In this document: piece after piece, positions 1 through 12,097 of the stretch
Numbering within the stretch: the first letter of the stretch is position 1
Layout of the letters: every line of letters starts with the position of its first letter
Assembly (NCBI RefSeq): GCF_021869535.1
Contig: NW_026262593.1
Coordinates: 54,622,001-54,686,000, forward strand
Direction of reading: 5' to 3'
DNA from: Mytilus californianus
Lineage: Eukaryota
DNA length: 64,000 nucleotides
The notes under the pieces: model-generated
Told to the model about the DNA's origin: nothing
Database searches by the model: none
Seen by the model: the letters and a program-made list of their open reading frames with translations, nothing else
Position numbers and translations under genes: made by a program

Positions 1-825
1 CAAAATTTTACACAACTTTTTCATCCAGTTGAAGCTATCTGTGGCCCTCATTTAAAAATGTATTATGCATAAAACTTTTCAAAGAGATATATCATGTATA
101 TGTTTAAACTGGGAACAGTATATCTAACGGGAAATGAATCTGATACGCTTTTCAGTATAAAATTGATAAAATCTCGGACTCCCCGAGACTTCCCAAGATT
201 TACGGATTTTGGTAGCGTCTGACTGAAAAACTATCAGAACTGCTCAACAAATAAACCACCTAACTCTAATTGTAAATAAATACAAGTTTTATCATTTAGT
301 AGATATATTTTGTCATATAAAATTACCAAAATAAGTTTGATTTATTTGATGTGAAGTGTTTTATAATAGTTTTGGAATTTGTAAATCATCGCGGCAATGG
401 CCGCCATTTTTTTATTACCTGGTTTGCATTCTGCACAATTCTGTGATGAAATGCTTGCGATTTTAACAAATTTGAAGTGACAGAATACAAGTTTGATACA
501 CTAGCATCACTATAAAACTAGTTTGAATGACAATTTATTGATAATATCAGAAATTATTAGGATAATAGCGAGTCCGTTTTTAACACATGTCCGTTTCTGT
601 ATCGTATCTTTATTAACTAAGGCACGACAATAAAATCGACTACAATCAGGTAGTGTCAAGTCCCGTCAATATATATGTTCCTGGTTTAAACCATTGTAAA
701 CATTTCAAACAAAGCATTCTTAGGACTTTGATCTGTGTTTCAAAAAAGTGGATCATAATCTATCAAAGTTTCAAAATGTTTACTTTCTAAACTTTTTTCT
801 CCCTCAGCTCCTTACTGACAATGAC
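1..825. mobile_element. Partial copy of MITE family A (AATACACC...GGTGTATT termini), cut by the window start and interrupted by a nested element
   Basis: 1-90 and 690-820 align by eye to 37085-37295 and to the reverse complement of 8490-8720. Confidence 0.55.
108..685. mobile_element. TTAA-flanked TIR element (Kolobok/piggyBac-type, non-autonomous) nested in family A
   Basis: TTAA at 104-107 and 686-689. Imperfect TIRs ACTGGGAACAGTATAT / ATATATGTTCCTGGT. Removing it restores alignment to the other family A copies. Confidence 0.6.
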
Positions 826-1003
826 TGATGAGCCCAGGGAAGAGGGGGTGAACAGGGGGGTACCCTTCTCACACGTTCAGCCCCCCTATCTCTCACCTTA
901 CTTTTACAATCTTTTTTTCTCTCCCACCTCCCTCAAAAACTGTCTACTCCCTCAGGGAAAAATGATTGTTGGTTTCCCCTAACCTGACCAGGTCCATCTT
1001 ATA

Positions 1004-4000
1004 CAGTACTGGTAGAGACATATTACTATAAATAACGGACTGGGACATGTCGGAAATGAATAATCCGACTTTTTTATGGTAGGTAGTATGGTCATTAATC
1101 AACAGATCCAGGTGTGAACCTTAATATAATTGTCCTTTCATCTCAATCCGTGCTACAAGATTATTACGCTTCACTGATTTCAGAATCAGGTTACCTGTGA
1201 TTTAAACCTCTCAGTCACTTTATTGATTAGTTCTACATCGTATTTGACATAAAATATTTTTACAGGTGAAGTACTGGAAACAACTTTGTTTTAATAAAAA
1301 TAGCCTATTTTTTTAATTATGGCTTTTTGCATTTCAAATGCTGTTTATATTCCTCAAAATATTATTTTCTATGTTCCCTGTTTTTTTTTGTTATGTATGT
1401 TTTTCGTATTTGTTGGCATACAATTTTTAAAATATTTTCTCTTTAATTTCTGGAAGGTTATTTTTGTTTTACTGATTTATTTTCCACGTAAACCCATTGA
1501 TTAGCAGAATGATGTGCAAAGTGCTGCTGCATACGTTTTAGTTTGACAACACTACATTTGTATTTAATTTTCAGTCTGCGTTGGGTCAGTTCTGAAATAA
1601 AAATAATTACAGTGAGCAATAATTGTATACTAGTAGTTAGGTGATTCTTTATAATTGTGAATTTACTTTTTACTGTAAACAAATATTGTCCGAAAGTTGG
1701 TGATATATAACTAAAGTAGTACGCAAATAATAACACTAGAAGAAGATAACGATATTTCTCGGGGATTAGGTTTATTTTGATATTTCTGTGTTTGTTAAAT
1801 ATGCATGAAATAATTGCCACTGACATGAATGGACATTAAAACTAGAAGCATTCAATCGTTTGATGACCAGTTAATTAAATATTTACTATGATTTGTAGTC
1901 TTAAAGAAATGCAATTTCTCCTATTTAGATAATTTTACGGTGCTGCATTGACTCTTAATTGCATAATATTAATTTACGCACAATGCATGTTAACTTGTAT
2001 GTTGTATTTTTGACACCAATCTAAAAAAAATATTTGCCGTGAAAAGACAATTCCATGATACACTTATCAGTGATCAACAGCATGTGGTTGAACTTTGAAC
2101 TTGACTTCACTCACAATACAATGTTGAATGCTAAAAATAGCTGGGATTAATTTTGTCAAATGCACGTGATTTTCATATGGCGGGAAATATCGTAACAGTT
2201 AACACAGGTGACCTTACTGACCGACCATGGGAAAATCCATTCATGATTTAATTTGATACGTAATGATTGGCAGTATTGTGCGTTAGTTTTGAGGCTCATG
2301 ATCGAGATCCATTAATAATTGATTTACCAGAATAGAAAATTTAATCCTTGTAATTATAAACAAAACAAGCTTTAGTCTTCTTTAACTATTTTATTTATTA
2401 TATTTATTAGTCAACACCCAGATTCCTATTTAAATAATTTTCGGACACCTCCTTTAAAGTTCGGGAATTATACAATTTAAACTGCCGATATCGATTTACA
2501 AAATCTTACTGACTGCATGAGCTTTAGAGAATGGCTAGAAATACGACGCAAAAGTAAATACGGCTGATCGTGAATAGTGTAAAACTTTGATCTTCATGTA
2601 TTGATTGACACAATTCGTAAAATATGTTTATAAATAAAATGCTCTGCAGGGCGCAGCTTGATACGACCGCAGAGGTCGAACCCTGAACAGTTGGGGCAAG
2701 TATGGACACAAGCTTGATACGGCTTTGCATTTGGATTGTGATTAAATATTTGACACAGCATAGGTTTCTGACACAGAATGAATGTAGTCTAAGAACTTAA
2801 AAATTTTAAATTGGACATTCACCTATTATGGTCCAATATCCAAAATCTAAATACATGGTTAGATTCAGCATATCAAAGAACCCCAAGAATTCAATTTTTG
2901 GTGAAATCAAATAAAGTTTAATTTTGGACCCTTTTGACCTCAATGTGGACAAAGTTGATAATGGGGCCCACAAATCAAAAATCTAAATACATGGTTAGAT
3001 TCAGCATATCAAAGAACCCCATATATTCAATTTTTGTTGAAATCAAACAAAGTTTAATTTTGGACCCCGATTTGGACCAACTTGAAAACTGGGCCCATAA
3101 TCAAAAATCTAAATACATGTTTAGATTCAGCATATCAAAGAACCCTAAGAATTCAATTTTTGTTAAAATCAAACTAAGTTTAATTTTGGACCCTTTGGAC
3201 CTTAATATAGACCAATTTGAAAACGGAACCAAAAATTAAGAATCTAAATACACGGTTAGATTCGGCATATCAAAGAACCCCAATAATTCAATTTTTGATG
3301 AAATCAAACAAAGTTTAATTTTGGACCCTTTGGACCTCAATGTGGACCAATTAAAAAACGGGGCCCAAAATCCAGAAACTAAATACACGGTTAGATTCAG
3401 CATATTAAAGAACCCCAAGAATTCAAGAATAAAACCCCATTGAAATTGGTCAAGAAATAAGCAATTTATACGAAGTATCTTCTTTTGCACAATACTGTGC
3501 AATTAAATATTTCTTGCTATTGCGCAATACTGTACAATTGACAATTTCTTGCTATTGCGCAATATTGTGCTATTGGATATTTCTTGCTATTGCGCAATAC
3601 TGTGCAATTGAAGATTTCTTGCTATTGCGCAATACTGTGCAATTGAAGATTTCTTGCTATTGTGCAATTGAAAATTTCTTGCTAGTGCACAATACTTATT
3701 ATATAATAATTTACACATCCTGTTTGGTGTGTATCTCCTACCATATCATTAATATTTGCTTTTAAATATAAATCAGAAATAACCAACTTAAAATGGAAAA
3801 TTTTAAAAGAAAAAAAAAAGGAAAACAAAAAAATCCCCCCCCCCCCAAATTTTTTGAACCCCCTTATGATTCATCACCCCCAAACTCAATCCCAGCCTGC
3901 CCTTTGTGGTATGGTACCTTGCAGTACAATTTCAGAGAGATCCATACACTTGAACACAAGTTATTGTCTGGAAACTAGAAAAATGCTTATTTTTGGCCCC

Positions 4001-5563
4001 TTTTTGGCCCCTAATTCCTAAACATTTAGGGCAATTACCCCCAAACTCAAACCCAGCTTTCCCTTTGTGATATGGAACCTTGTAGTACAATTTCATAAAG
4101 ATCCATACACTTACACACAAATTATTGTCATGAAACTAGAAAAATGCTTGTTTTTTGCCCCTTTTTGGCCCCTAATTCCTAAAATTTTGAGGCAATTACC
4201 CCCAAAATCAATCCCAGCATTCCTTTTGTGATATGGAACCTTGTGGTACAAATGTCAGAGAGATCCATACACTAACACACAAGTTATGTCTGGAAGTTAC
4301 AAAAATGCTTATTTATGGCCCCTTTTTGGCCCCTAATTCCTTTACTGTTGGTACCATAACCCCCAAAATAAATCCCAACCTTCCTTTTGTGATATTGACC
4401 CTTATGGTAAAATTTCATAGAGATCCATTCACTTAAACTAAAGTTAGAGTGCGAAAACCAATGTGTCTTCGGACGACGACGACGCCAACGTCATACCAAT
4501 ATACGACCACAAAAATTTTTTTGCGGTCGTATAAAAACACGATTTTCATTAAAATTTCAAACATGGAAATAGAAAGGCAATATCTTTGTTATAATACAAC
4601 GAGTGTCAACAAATCTGTTATTTCCATTATATGTAAATTTATTAACAAACAAAATTTAAAATAATGCTGGATCATAGAATATTGACGTGCGTATGAAAAG
4701 TTTTTTTTATATAAAAACTAGGAATCGAAAGATGATCACTGCGTTATAAATATTGTAAAAAAACAATTGTTTCAAAGAGATTAACGGGAAATATTTGTCA
4801 AAATAGAAAGCATGGATGATCTGGCTGACCAAATTGTTTTACTGGCGAGAAATGATTGACTGGTATGAATAGACGTAGAGGCTCCGACGGGGAACGTGGT
4901 ATCGTAAGGAAAAGAACAGTTTATTCACAATGCCTATATTCAATTTGTTTATATACTTTATAAATATGATATGTTGGCCTTATACTTAAAATTGTGTTTC
5001 AATTAATAACTTTAAGGAACAGGACGTTAAAAGGGGGAAATATTGTAACCATCAACGAAAACTCGTATAATTTACGGGATTGATGTCTCAACATTTTGAT
5101 TAAAACTTCGATTGAAAACAGTCCTGGTTGTTATAATTTTGAATAAAATGAAATATTTACGGTTTACAAATACAAATAGTTTATTGGCACAAACACAATT
5201 ATTATAATTGGCAACACATTTTTACAGTACGTACATTGTTAAAAATCGTCTTTCTTTCATTTTCAAGTTAAAAAAAAGTTAATCCCATATTCATGATATT
5301 ACATTTTTATTTTTATTGTAATTTTTTCTTTGAATACAAAACAATATTTTACATTTATTATCTATCCTCCATAAATACTAAAATATCTATACAGGTAAAA
5401 TTTAATTCTAATCAACCTGGTACAGATTGATTTACAACCTTCCACTCGGATATTGTACAGGTTAATATCACAGCAGGTGTTAATTACACTGAGACAACTG
5501 TCCGGCCAGTCTGACATCTAGACGGATTAAGACATCCATAATAATAAGTCTCTACCCGTACTG
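1004..5563. mobile_element. Possible Tc1/mariner-type element bracket
   Basis: TA-flanked 26-bp inverted repeats CAGTACTGGTAGAGACATATTACTAT (1004-1029) and 5538-5563, 3 mismatches. No transposase recognised inside. Confidence 0.4.
2638..4537. mobile_element. Helentron/HINE-like non-autonomous element with three internal tandem arrays
   Basis: Subterminal ATACGACCGC near 2661 and terminal hairpin TATACGACCAC...GCGGTCGTATA at 4500-4533. Internal ~135-bp, ~36-38-bp and 161-bp arrays. A related copy lies inverted at 16578-17581. Confidence 0.65.
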
Positions 5564-5947
5564 TACTGCCGGTTGTTTATATTTTCGACCGAAGGAAAAA
5601 AGAGAAAAAAAAGGCTGTGTCTTGTTCTGATCCAGCAATGTTAACAAATATTTTTTCATATACGTTTCAGTTTTGTTGTTTAGAAGCATAACAATGTCTA
5701 AGTAATTAATTCCATCCTAGGGTTGGTTTCTAGATCGCCAAATGCTCAACTGATAGGAAAGATAACAATGATTTAAAGCATTTCGCTCCCCTGTTGTTTA
5801 GATCCCCCAAAATGGTCAACTCGGCACCAGTATTCTATCAAGATTGAATACATGGACACCAGTTCCTTATAATATTAAAGTCACCTAAGTTTAATACCAG
5901 TTGTCAAGTAATTAAATATTTGTTCTACGCATAGTCTATAGCAACAC

Positions 5948-6116
5948 AATACACCTTATAGCTATTCCCGCTTGAATCTGTCCCGCTTGAACTTTTGACG
6001 TCATACAACAATCACTTTTCCATTGTGGCGTCAGATATTTTCTATTATGACATCAAAATTTTACGGGAATTTTTGTGATGTCCAGTTATGGCGGACAAAT
6101 AGCGATAAGGTGTATT
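5948..6116. mobile_element. MITE with family A type TIRs
   Basis: 19-bp TIRs AATACACCTTATAGCTATT / AATAGCGATAAGGTGTATT, 1 mismatch. Confidence 0.7.
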
Positions 6117-6734
6117 TGATACACAAAAAAAAAAAAAATTTCCAATGTTAGGGAACAAGAATTTTTCCCTAGCCTGACCTTTGTTTTTGCTACACTTCAT
6201 CGGACCCAAACAGGAAGTGGTCTAAGTAACTGTTTTTACTTGATTGGACTAAATAGCGATAATGTGTATTGGCTATCATAATGTCATGCTAGATGATGTG
6301 TCTCGGCAACACATATTTTGGTCTATTTCTGCATATCTGCCAACCTCTAGCAATGAAAACATAAAAGCTGCGCTATTACATTAAATTATCAAATGGCATG
6401 CATTTGAATGTAAAGACATGACATGCCTGTACACTTTGTGTGTTGAAAAAGTGTGTAATCATGATCTGTTGAAAATGTGTATACAAAAATTATTTACAAT
6501 AATACTAATTTACATGTGAAAAGTTAAGAGATGGCAACTATTTTACTATGGCAATTTTGCCAAGAAGTTATAACTTTTTAATTATTTATGATGTGTCTTT
6601 CTATTTGACAATACAAGCTTTGTAACATGTTATCACTGTGTGTAAAATAGACAGAGACAGTTTTCATTTGTTTACATAACTGAAATAATTATACATGTTA
6701 TAAGGTGACCCTTTTCTGATGTAACAATTCTAAC

Positions 6735-6864
6735 CAGTGTAAAATGAATTTGCAATTCCAAATAAGCCACCAGCCGCCGCTAAGAGGCCTAAACCAGCTC
6801 CTGCAAATTTGCCTCCACCGCCTTTCATGCGGCCAAGAGCTTCTCCCATTTTTTTAGGATCCAT
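6735..6864 (-). CDS. PHB2: Prohibitin-2, coding exon 1 (remaining exons not found in window)
   Basis: Minus-strand ATG gives MDPKKMGEALGRMKGGGGKFAGAGLGLLAAAGGLFGIANSFYT then a phase-1 GT donor. This matches the PHB2 N-terminus (Gly/Ala-rich TM anchor before ..FTVEGGHRAI). Confidence 0.85.
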
Positions 6865-7666
6865 GGTCAGATTTTATTCTGTTAGCCGGTATCTTGACTT
6901 TCAGAACATGTGGTGTAAAATCTCGTGGCATCGAAATCACGAGAGTGTTTTAGAGCAGGTCAATATAGTTAAGCGTTTGTTTGACATTGACGAAAATAAG
7001 AAATGAAAAAATGTCTTTGACATATATAAACATCAGAACACTTAGTACTGCAACTAGGCAAATAATTCAGAAATCATCACCCATTGTTAGACTTTACCCT
7101 ACCTCAGCTTTTTATATTCCATACAAGAGACCGACTATATGTGACAAGTACGAATAATTTCTAAAAAAAATAGTTTGCTTCAGGACAGAAGTTAAGTTCA
7201 GTTCAGTTCTTCTTCTTCTGGTATAAATACAGTTTCACAACGCTTTCATGTCGATCTTGCCCATATCGATCTGTCCCGAGTCGTTTCGGCCCTAAGATGA
7301 TTCGACCCCATTAAAAATATATTTACAAGGGGTAAAAATTTCAAGCACATGGAAATTAGTTAAAGTTAGTATATTTATAGTTTCGTAACTATTTCTCCTG
7401 AGTCTGGCCATGTAGGTATTCTTTTCAGGTTACTTCCTGTTTCTTGCATGTGCCTGACATCCCGGCCTGGCTTGTCGCTAGAAACTATAAATATGACGTC
7501 ACTCACTCTGTTCACGGCAGTCTTCTGTTTGGATTTGAAATTAAGGATCTTTTACAATGACAAGTAGAATGGCTGCCACCATATTTGTATATTTATTGTA
7601 TGTAAATTGTGTTCAACCATATGTATTCTAAATAAACATCTTGTTTATATTGACATAGTTACGTAC
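6865..7666. promoter_or_regulatory. Putative bidirectional promoter / 5' leaders of PHB2 and MRPL47
   Basis: About 800 bp between divergent ATGs. ETS-like ACTTCCTG 7432-7439, TATAAATA 7486-7493 abutting CRE TGACGTCA 7494-7501, YY1-like ATGGCTGCC 7569-7577. Confidence 0.55.
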
Positions 7667-7670
7667 ATGG
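7667..7670 (+). CDS. MRPL47: MRPL47 candidate coding exon 1 (ATG G)
   Basis: ATGG followed by strong donor GTAAGT at 7671; phase 1 fits 8004. Confidence 0.45.
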
Positions 7671-8003
7671 GTAAGTTTGTCCAATATCCCAGAACTTGGG
7701 TAGACAATGAGAAGACGACAAAGTCTGTATAAGAAAACACACTACATTTACAATATTAATGAATTTTATGAACAATAGCAAAGGTGGATGATCAAAAAGT
7801 GTGCCTTTGATCATGTTGATGCTCATTAAAATATACAATTTTTGTTAGAGGAATTGTTTTATTTAATTTAAACATGTTAAATATTGATATTTAGATTTCA
7901 TATCATACATGTCATATATATTATTTTTTTAGCGTAAAATATTAGTATTAAAATCATTTTATCATCTTAAATGAGTAGTGATGATTATGCTGTATATATA
8001 TAG

Positions 8004-8052
8004 CATTGATATTAAACGATGTTATTAGAAGTTATTATAACAAGAATATGAG
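8004..8052 (+). CDS. MRPL47: MRPL47 candidate exon 2 (mitochondrial presequence)
   Basis: AG/GTATGC-bounded 49-nt exon, phase 1 to 2, giving MALILNDVIRSYYNKNMR and joining exon 3 in frame. Confidence 0.5.
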
Positions 8053-8391
8053 GTATGCAGAATTGTAATAGAATTATAAATTACAGAAGTTAGTGCAATC
8101 ACAAATCAACATTAATCAGCGTTCATATGACTTTGATCTTAATAATATTTTCAACTGGTGTACTAACAATTGGTTTATAAACCCCAGCTGATCCCCATGC
8201 TAATGCACACAAACTATTTTCTTTTAAAGCTATAAAAACTACATAAGGTAAATTGAGAAATATTGTTTGATTCGCCGAATCCCTTCGTTAAACAGTTTAA
8301 TTACTTGTTGATATTGTTCCTAATAAGTTTTTGTCTTATCATTGAAATTTATTCAATTTTTTACATGTGCAAATTGCCACTCAACCTCATG

Positions 8392-8756
8392 AATACACCT
8401 TATCGCTATTTAGTCCAGTCTGGAAAAAATATTCACTTAGACAACGTCCTGTTTGGGTCAAGTGTCGAAAAAACATAGGTCATCAGTTATGAGCTGAGGA
8501 AGGAAAAAATTTAGAAAGTGAACATTTTGAAATTTTGATAGATCATGATCCATTTCTTTAAAACACAACTTAAAGTCATGAAAATGCTTTGTTTGAAGTG
8601 TTTACGATGGTGTAAAGATGTCTCTTTTAAAAGTTTTATGCACAATACATTGTTCAAACAGGGCCCCAGATAGCTTCAACTGGATTGTGATGTCATTGAA
8701 AAGTTGTGTAATTTCAGATCTTATCTGTATTGGAATAGATAGCGATAATGTGTATC
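8392..8756. mobile_element. MITE family A, complete ~365-bp copy
   Basis: Left AATACACCTTATCGCTATT, right ATAGCGATAATGTGTAT. Interior aligns in reverse to 37046-37394. Confidence 0.7.
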
Positions 8757-9052
8757 AAATACTTCACAAAAACTCTCCAACTTTTATAGTAATTACTCAT
8801 TATTTTATTATGGAGCCGGAACGTCTTGGGCTGGATTGAGTTCAAGCCGGATTGGTTTAGGGCAGGAAGTACATGTACCTGATACCAATTACAATTAACA
8901 ATGACATAACATTGAAGATTACGTATAGTTAAGTTCAGTGTTATATCAACCAAACAATATCATGAAAAGTGCCAATCTCTCGTACCTTTACATATTCTAT
9001 CTTTTTCTTTTTATTGAATTACAGACTATTTGTACATGTTATATAATTTTAG

Positions 9053-9153
9053 GTGTATAACATGTTCCAGTTTTCATACATCAAGTAAGAATTATGATTT
9101 AATGGAATTTTTTGATGACAAGGCTAATTGGAAAGAAAAAGAAGTTAAAACGG
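9053..9153 (+). CDS. MRPL47: Mitochondrial ribosomal protein L47 (uL29m), exon 3
   Basis: CITCSSFHTSSKNYDLMEFFDDKANWKEKEVKTG matches the FHT..LxEFFDDxxNW motif; AG/GT bounded. Confidence 0.9.
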
Positions 9154-9231
9154 GTAACTATGTATATGTTGTTTTCTGTGTAGAAAATCCTATAGGTAAT
9201 ACATTTTACATTATTGTGGTATTTAAACCTT

Positions 9232-9360
9232 TTTTGTTTCGCCTGCGACTTTGGTCGCAGAATGCCAGACATAGGTATTAGTTTCCGGGGACGGCAGCGT
9301 AAACTATTTGAAGAAAGCTTTATATTTCAGAAGGTAGAAGGCCTGGATGCTTCATACCTT
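9232..9360. mobile_element. HINE-like element terminal fragment
   Basis: T-run followed by hairpin CTGCGACTTTGGTCGCAG, the same terminal architecture as the other HINE-like ends here. Confidence 0.35.
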
Positions 9361-10243
9361 GTTTGATGTTTTCTGTTGTCCAGTTTTGTTTCTGAATTCC
9401 CTTAGATCATCATCAAATCACATTTTGTTGAGAATTGATACTGAAATGATTTCAAGCTTTATTCTCTAGATCTGTGGCAAAGATTATAAGTGTTAAAAGA
9501 GCCACACTTGCATCTGGTTTTTGCCAAGGTTTCTGTTGCTCAGTATTTAGATTTCTATGTCATTGTATGTTGTGATTTGTAGACTGTTGTTTGTCTTTTT
9601 GTCTTTTTGTCTTATTTTGTTTTTTTTATTTTTGCAATGGTGTTGTCAGTTTGTCTTCAACTTATGAGTTTGAATTTGTATTTTCTGCCCTCTTTTGTAA
9701 ATAAAAAAAATTGTCTCCTTAATCATGTTAATTGCAAAGCAAAATATTTGCCAACTTTCTTACATGTCCACTTTTTCCAGTTGGTGTCTAGATCTCCCAA
9801 CCCTTCATCCTAATTGACCTTCTTTGCAGAAATTGGCAGTTGAATTAATTTTTCTTGTTCTAAATATGCATAAAATATTTGCCACTGGACAAAATAAACA
9901 AAAAACTATTTAATCAAAAATTTTCTTCCAAAATGTGACAATGAAAAAGATCAGTGCTATTCAAATAACCCCCCCAAAAAACAAAAGACTGTTTCACCTC
10001 AAACAAATAAAGAACAGGAAACTAGTTTAAAGTATCATAACATTGTTTTGACAGTTATAGACATTTTCAAGCTATAACCAAACAGAGATTTAGGTGAAGT
10101 TAAACATTTAAATCAACATCTCCTAAAAAAAAAAAAGATTTCAAAATCATATCATCTGACTATTAAAATATTTGGTAATTAAAATCTTATTATACATTTG
10201 TATTTCATAGATTCAGTTTTGTGACAATCACTTTCTTTTACAG

Positions 10244-10304
10244 GTCGACCATGGAAGATAGAGGAATTGAGAATAAAGAGCAATGAAGATTTACATAAAT
10301 TATG
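10244..10304 (+). CDS. MRPL47: MRPL47 exon 4
   Basis: GRPWKIEELRIKSNEDLHKLW, the hallmark uL29m motif; phases 1 and 2 fit neighbouring exons. Confidence 0.95.
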
Positions 10305-10347
10305 GTGTGTAGAATTTCATCATAGATATACCTGTACTTCCTTATAT

Positions 10348-10559
10348 TAGGGTCTGGATGGGGTTTACATAATAGAGAATAATGGGCGAATACTGCTGAA
10401 AAAAATGGGCCCAAAAAGTAAAGAATATAGAAAAATAGGAAATAATGGGGTGCTAAAATATAAAGAATAGAGAATAATTGGCAAAAAATGTAAAGAATAA
10501 AGGAAAATGACCTTAAAAATTAAAGAATATAGAATTGAAGGACCCCCATCCAGACCCTT
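10348..10559. mobile_element. GAGG-type MITE family 1 with 6-bp TSD
   Basis: TIRs AGGGTCTGGATGGGG / CCCCATCCAGACCCT; TTATAT on both flanks; purine-rich internal subrepeats. Confidence 0.8.
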
Positions 10560-10724
10560 TTATATCTACAAAAAAGTGATTTTTCACTTGCTTTCCTTGT
10601 GTGTGTTAAAATTTACATGACCCATGGTTTACAAATTTGGTGATGTATGAGGGTTAGATAAGAGTCAATTAACAATCTGCTATTATTTGATGCCTAAACT
10701 CTTGATATAACTTATAGACGTAAC

Positions 10725-10890
10725 ACGACATGTGTCACATGTGGAGCTGGATCTGCTAATCCTCCAGGAGCACCTGAGATCACTCCTAGTTTTTGGTGGG
10801 GTTCATTTTGCTCAATCTTTTAGATTTTTATGTTGTGTTTTGTTTCTTGTCATTGAGATGTCAATCTCTTTAGTATCTTCAACTTATCTT
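10725..10890 (+). mobile_element. 3' end fragment of the Penelope-like family
   Basis: Aligns to 62820-62985 (CACATGTGGAGC...GGAGCACCTGAG...TTTTGGTGGGGTTC). Confidence 0.5.
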
Positions 10891-11069
10891 TAACAGGAAA
10901 ATGTATATCTTTGTTTTGTGACATTGCAAAAGTTTGGTGCTAGGTTTTTAAAAAATATCCAAATGTTTGATATTAAATTATTAATTTTAACCGAAGCCAT
11001 CATGACAAGCTAATAATATTAAGAAATATTAAATCTTGTTTTGATAAAAATAGCAACAATAATTTTCAA

Positions 11070-11620
11070 AAAACTCATCAGGGATACCAGGCTTATAATT
11101 TTGTGTGTCAGCAGCTGGTTTTGTCAACCTAAGACTCATCAGTGACGCTCAAATCAAAAATGTTAAGGATGTTCGCTCCTCTTGTTTTTGAATTTTTGCC
11201 AGATATTCAGAATTCTCTGGTTTTATCCATGTAGTGCCATTACAAATTTTTGCCCACTAACCCTTACTTTTCTCTCCATAATATGATTACATATAGTTTA
11301 AAATATCATCTTTGAAAATCTTATAAAATCCTTGTTACTTTTTCATCGTTTTTGAAAGAAAACAGGTGATAATGTTAAATGTACGAAAAATCTAGAGAGA
11401 ATTATTTCCCTGCCAAATTTTCAGTGGCTTATATCTCAAAAACAAACACACTGACCCTTCATTTTTTCTGCATTTTTAGTTTATTTATATACTATCAACT
11501 TATGACTGTCTTTTAAAAAGCTTGTTATTTTGAAATAGAGTAGCAAACATCCCTAAAAGGCCATATAAAGTACAAAGTTGAAGATCATTGAGGAACGAAA
11601 TACAGTTAATTTAAAGAAGA
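11070..11620 (-). mobile_element. Retrozyme-like repeat family 1 (degenerate hammerhead), split by a Kolobok-type MITE
   Basis: Minus strand CGTCA-CTGATGA-GTC..GAC-AAAA at 11107-11147. Flanks on both sides of the insert align to 31660-31800. Confidence 0.55.
11167..11552. mobile_element. Kolobok-type MITE
   Basis: TTAA|GGATGTTCGCTCCTC ... GAGTAGCAAACATCC|CTAA; a second copy starts at 56873. Confidence 0.75.
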
Positions 11621-11656
11621 TGACTTGATATTTGAAGGTTTTGTTCTTAGATTAAG

Positions 11657-11901
11657 GGGGCCTTGGTGGCCGAGTGGTCTAAGTAGTTAGCCAGTCAACA
11701 CTGAGGTTGTGAGTTCGAACCCTGCTTGTGCGGGTGCACTCGACTCCAATCTTAATTGACTAGGATTGTCAGTTTTCCTATCGAAGGTCGGTGGTTTTCT
11801 CCGGGCACTCCGGCTTCCTCCACCAATAAAAACTGGCCGCCACGAAATAGCCCAAAAGCGGTGCTTAAAAGTGGCGTTAAAACACCAAAAATCAAATCAA
11901 A
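11657..11901 (+). mobile_element. tRNA-derived SINE with V-domain-like core
   Basis: A box TGGCCGAGTGG, B box GTTCGAACC, core GGTTTTCTCCGGGCACTCCGGCTTCCTCCACC, (AAATC)n tail, perfect 12-bp TSD TCTTAGATTAAG (11645-11656 / 11902-11913). Confidence 0.85.
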
Positions 11902-12097
11902 TCTTAGATTAAGTGCAGAACACTAAAAGGTAATTCAGTAAAAAATCATTCTTTGTCATGGTGGTGATATTTCACAGTGGATTGTGGATGATTCATGAAT
12001 TTGTTTGCTTTATATATATAATTACAATTATAGTTACATGAATTGATTTATTGGGTACAGTTTAATCCTTGTGTTTTGTTTTCTTGCACTATTTCAG

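Noticed and set aside
825-870. CTGATGA followed by a GCCC/GGGT stem, hammerhead-like
   Set aside because: Followed by GAAC rather than GAAA, with no stem III or cleavage triplet geometry.
1458-1826. 122-aa minus-strand ORF containing a phase-1 exon-like segment in the PHB2 intron
   Set aside because: No similarity to PHB2 exon 2 (expected VEGGHRAI-like) or to any protein I recognise; lies within a putative TE bracket.
2934-4436. Several 60-100-aa ORFs
   Set aside because: All derive from tandem arrays inside the HINE-like element.
1-6734. Intronic C/D-box snoRNA in PHB2 intron 1
   Set aside because: No suitably spaced minus-strand box C / box D pair was found by eye outside repeats.
11657-11740. 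tRNA-like A and B boxes
   Set aside because: SINE head, not a tRNA gene: no cloverleaf, continues into a SINE core and tail with a TSD.
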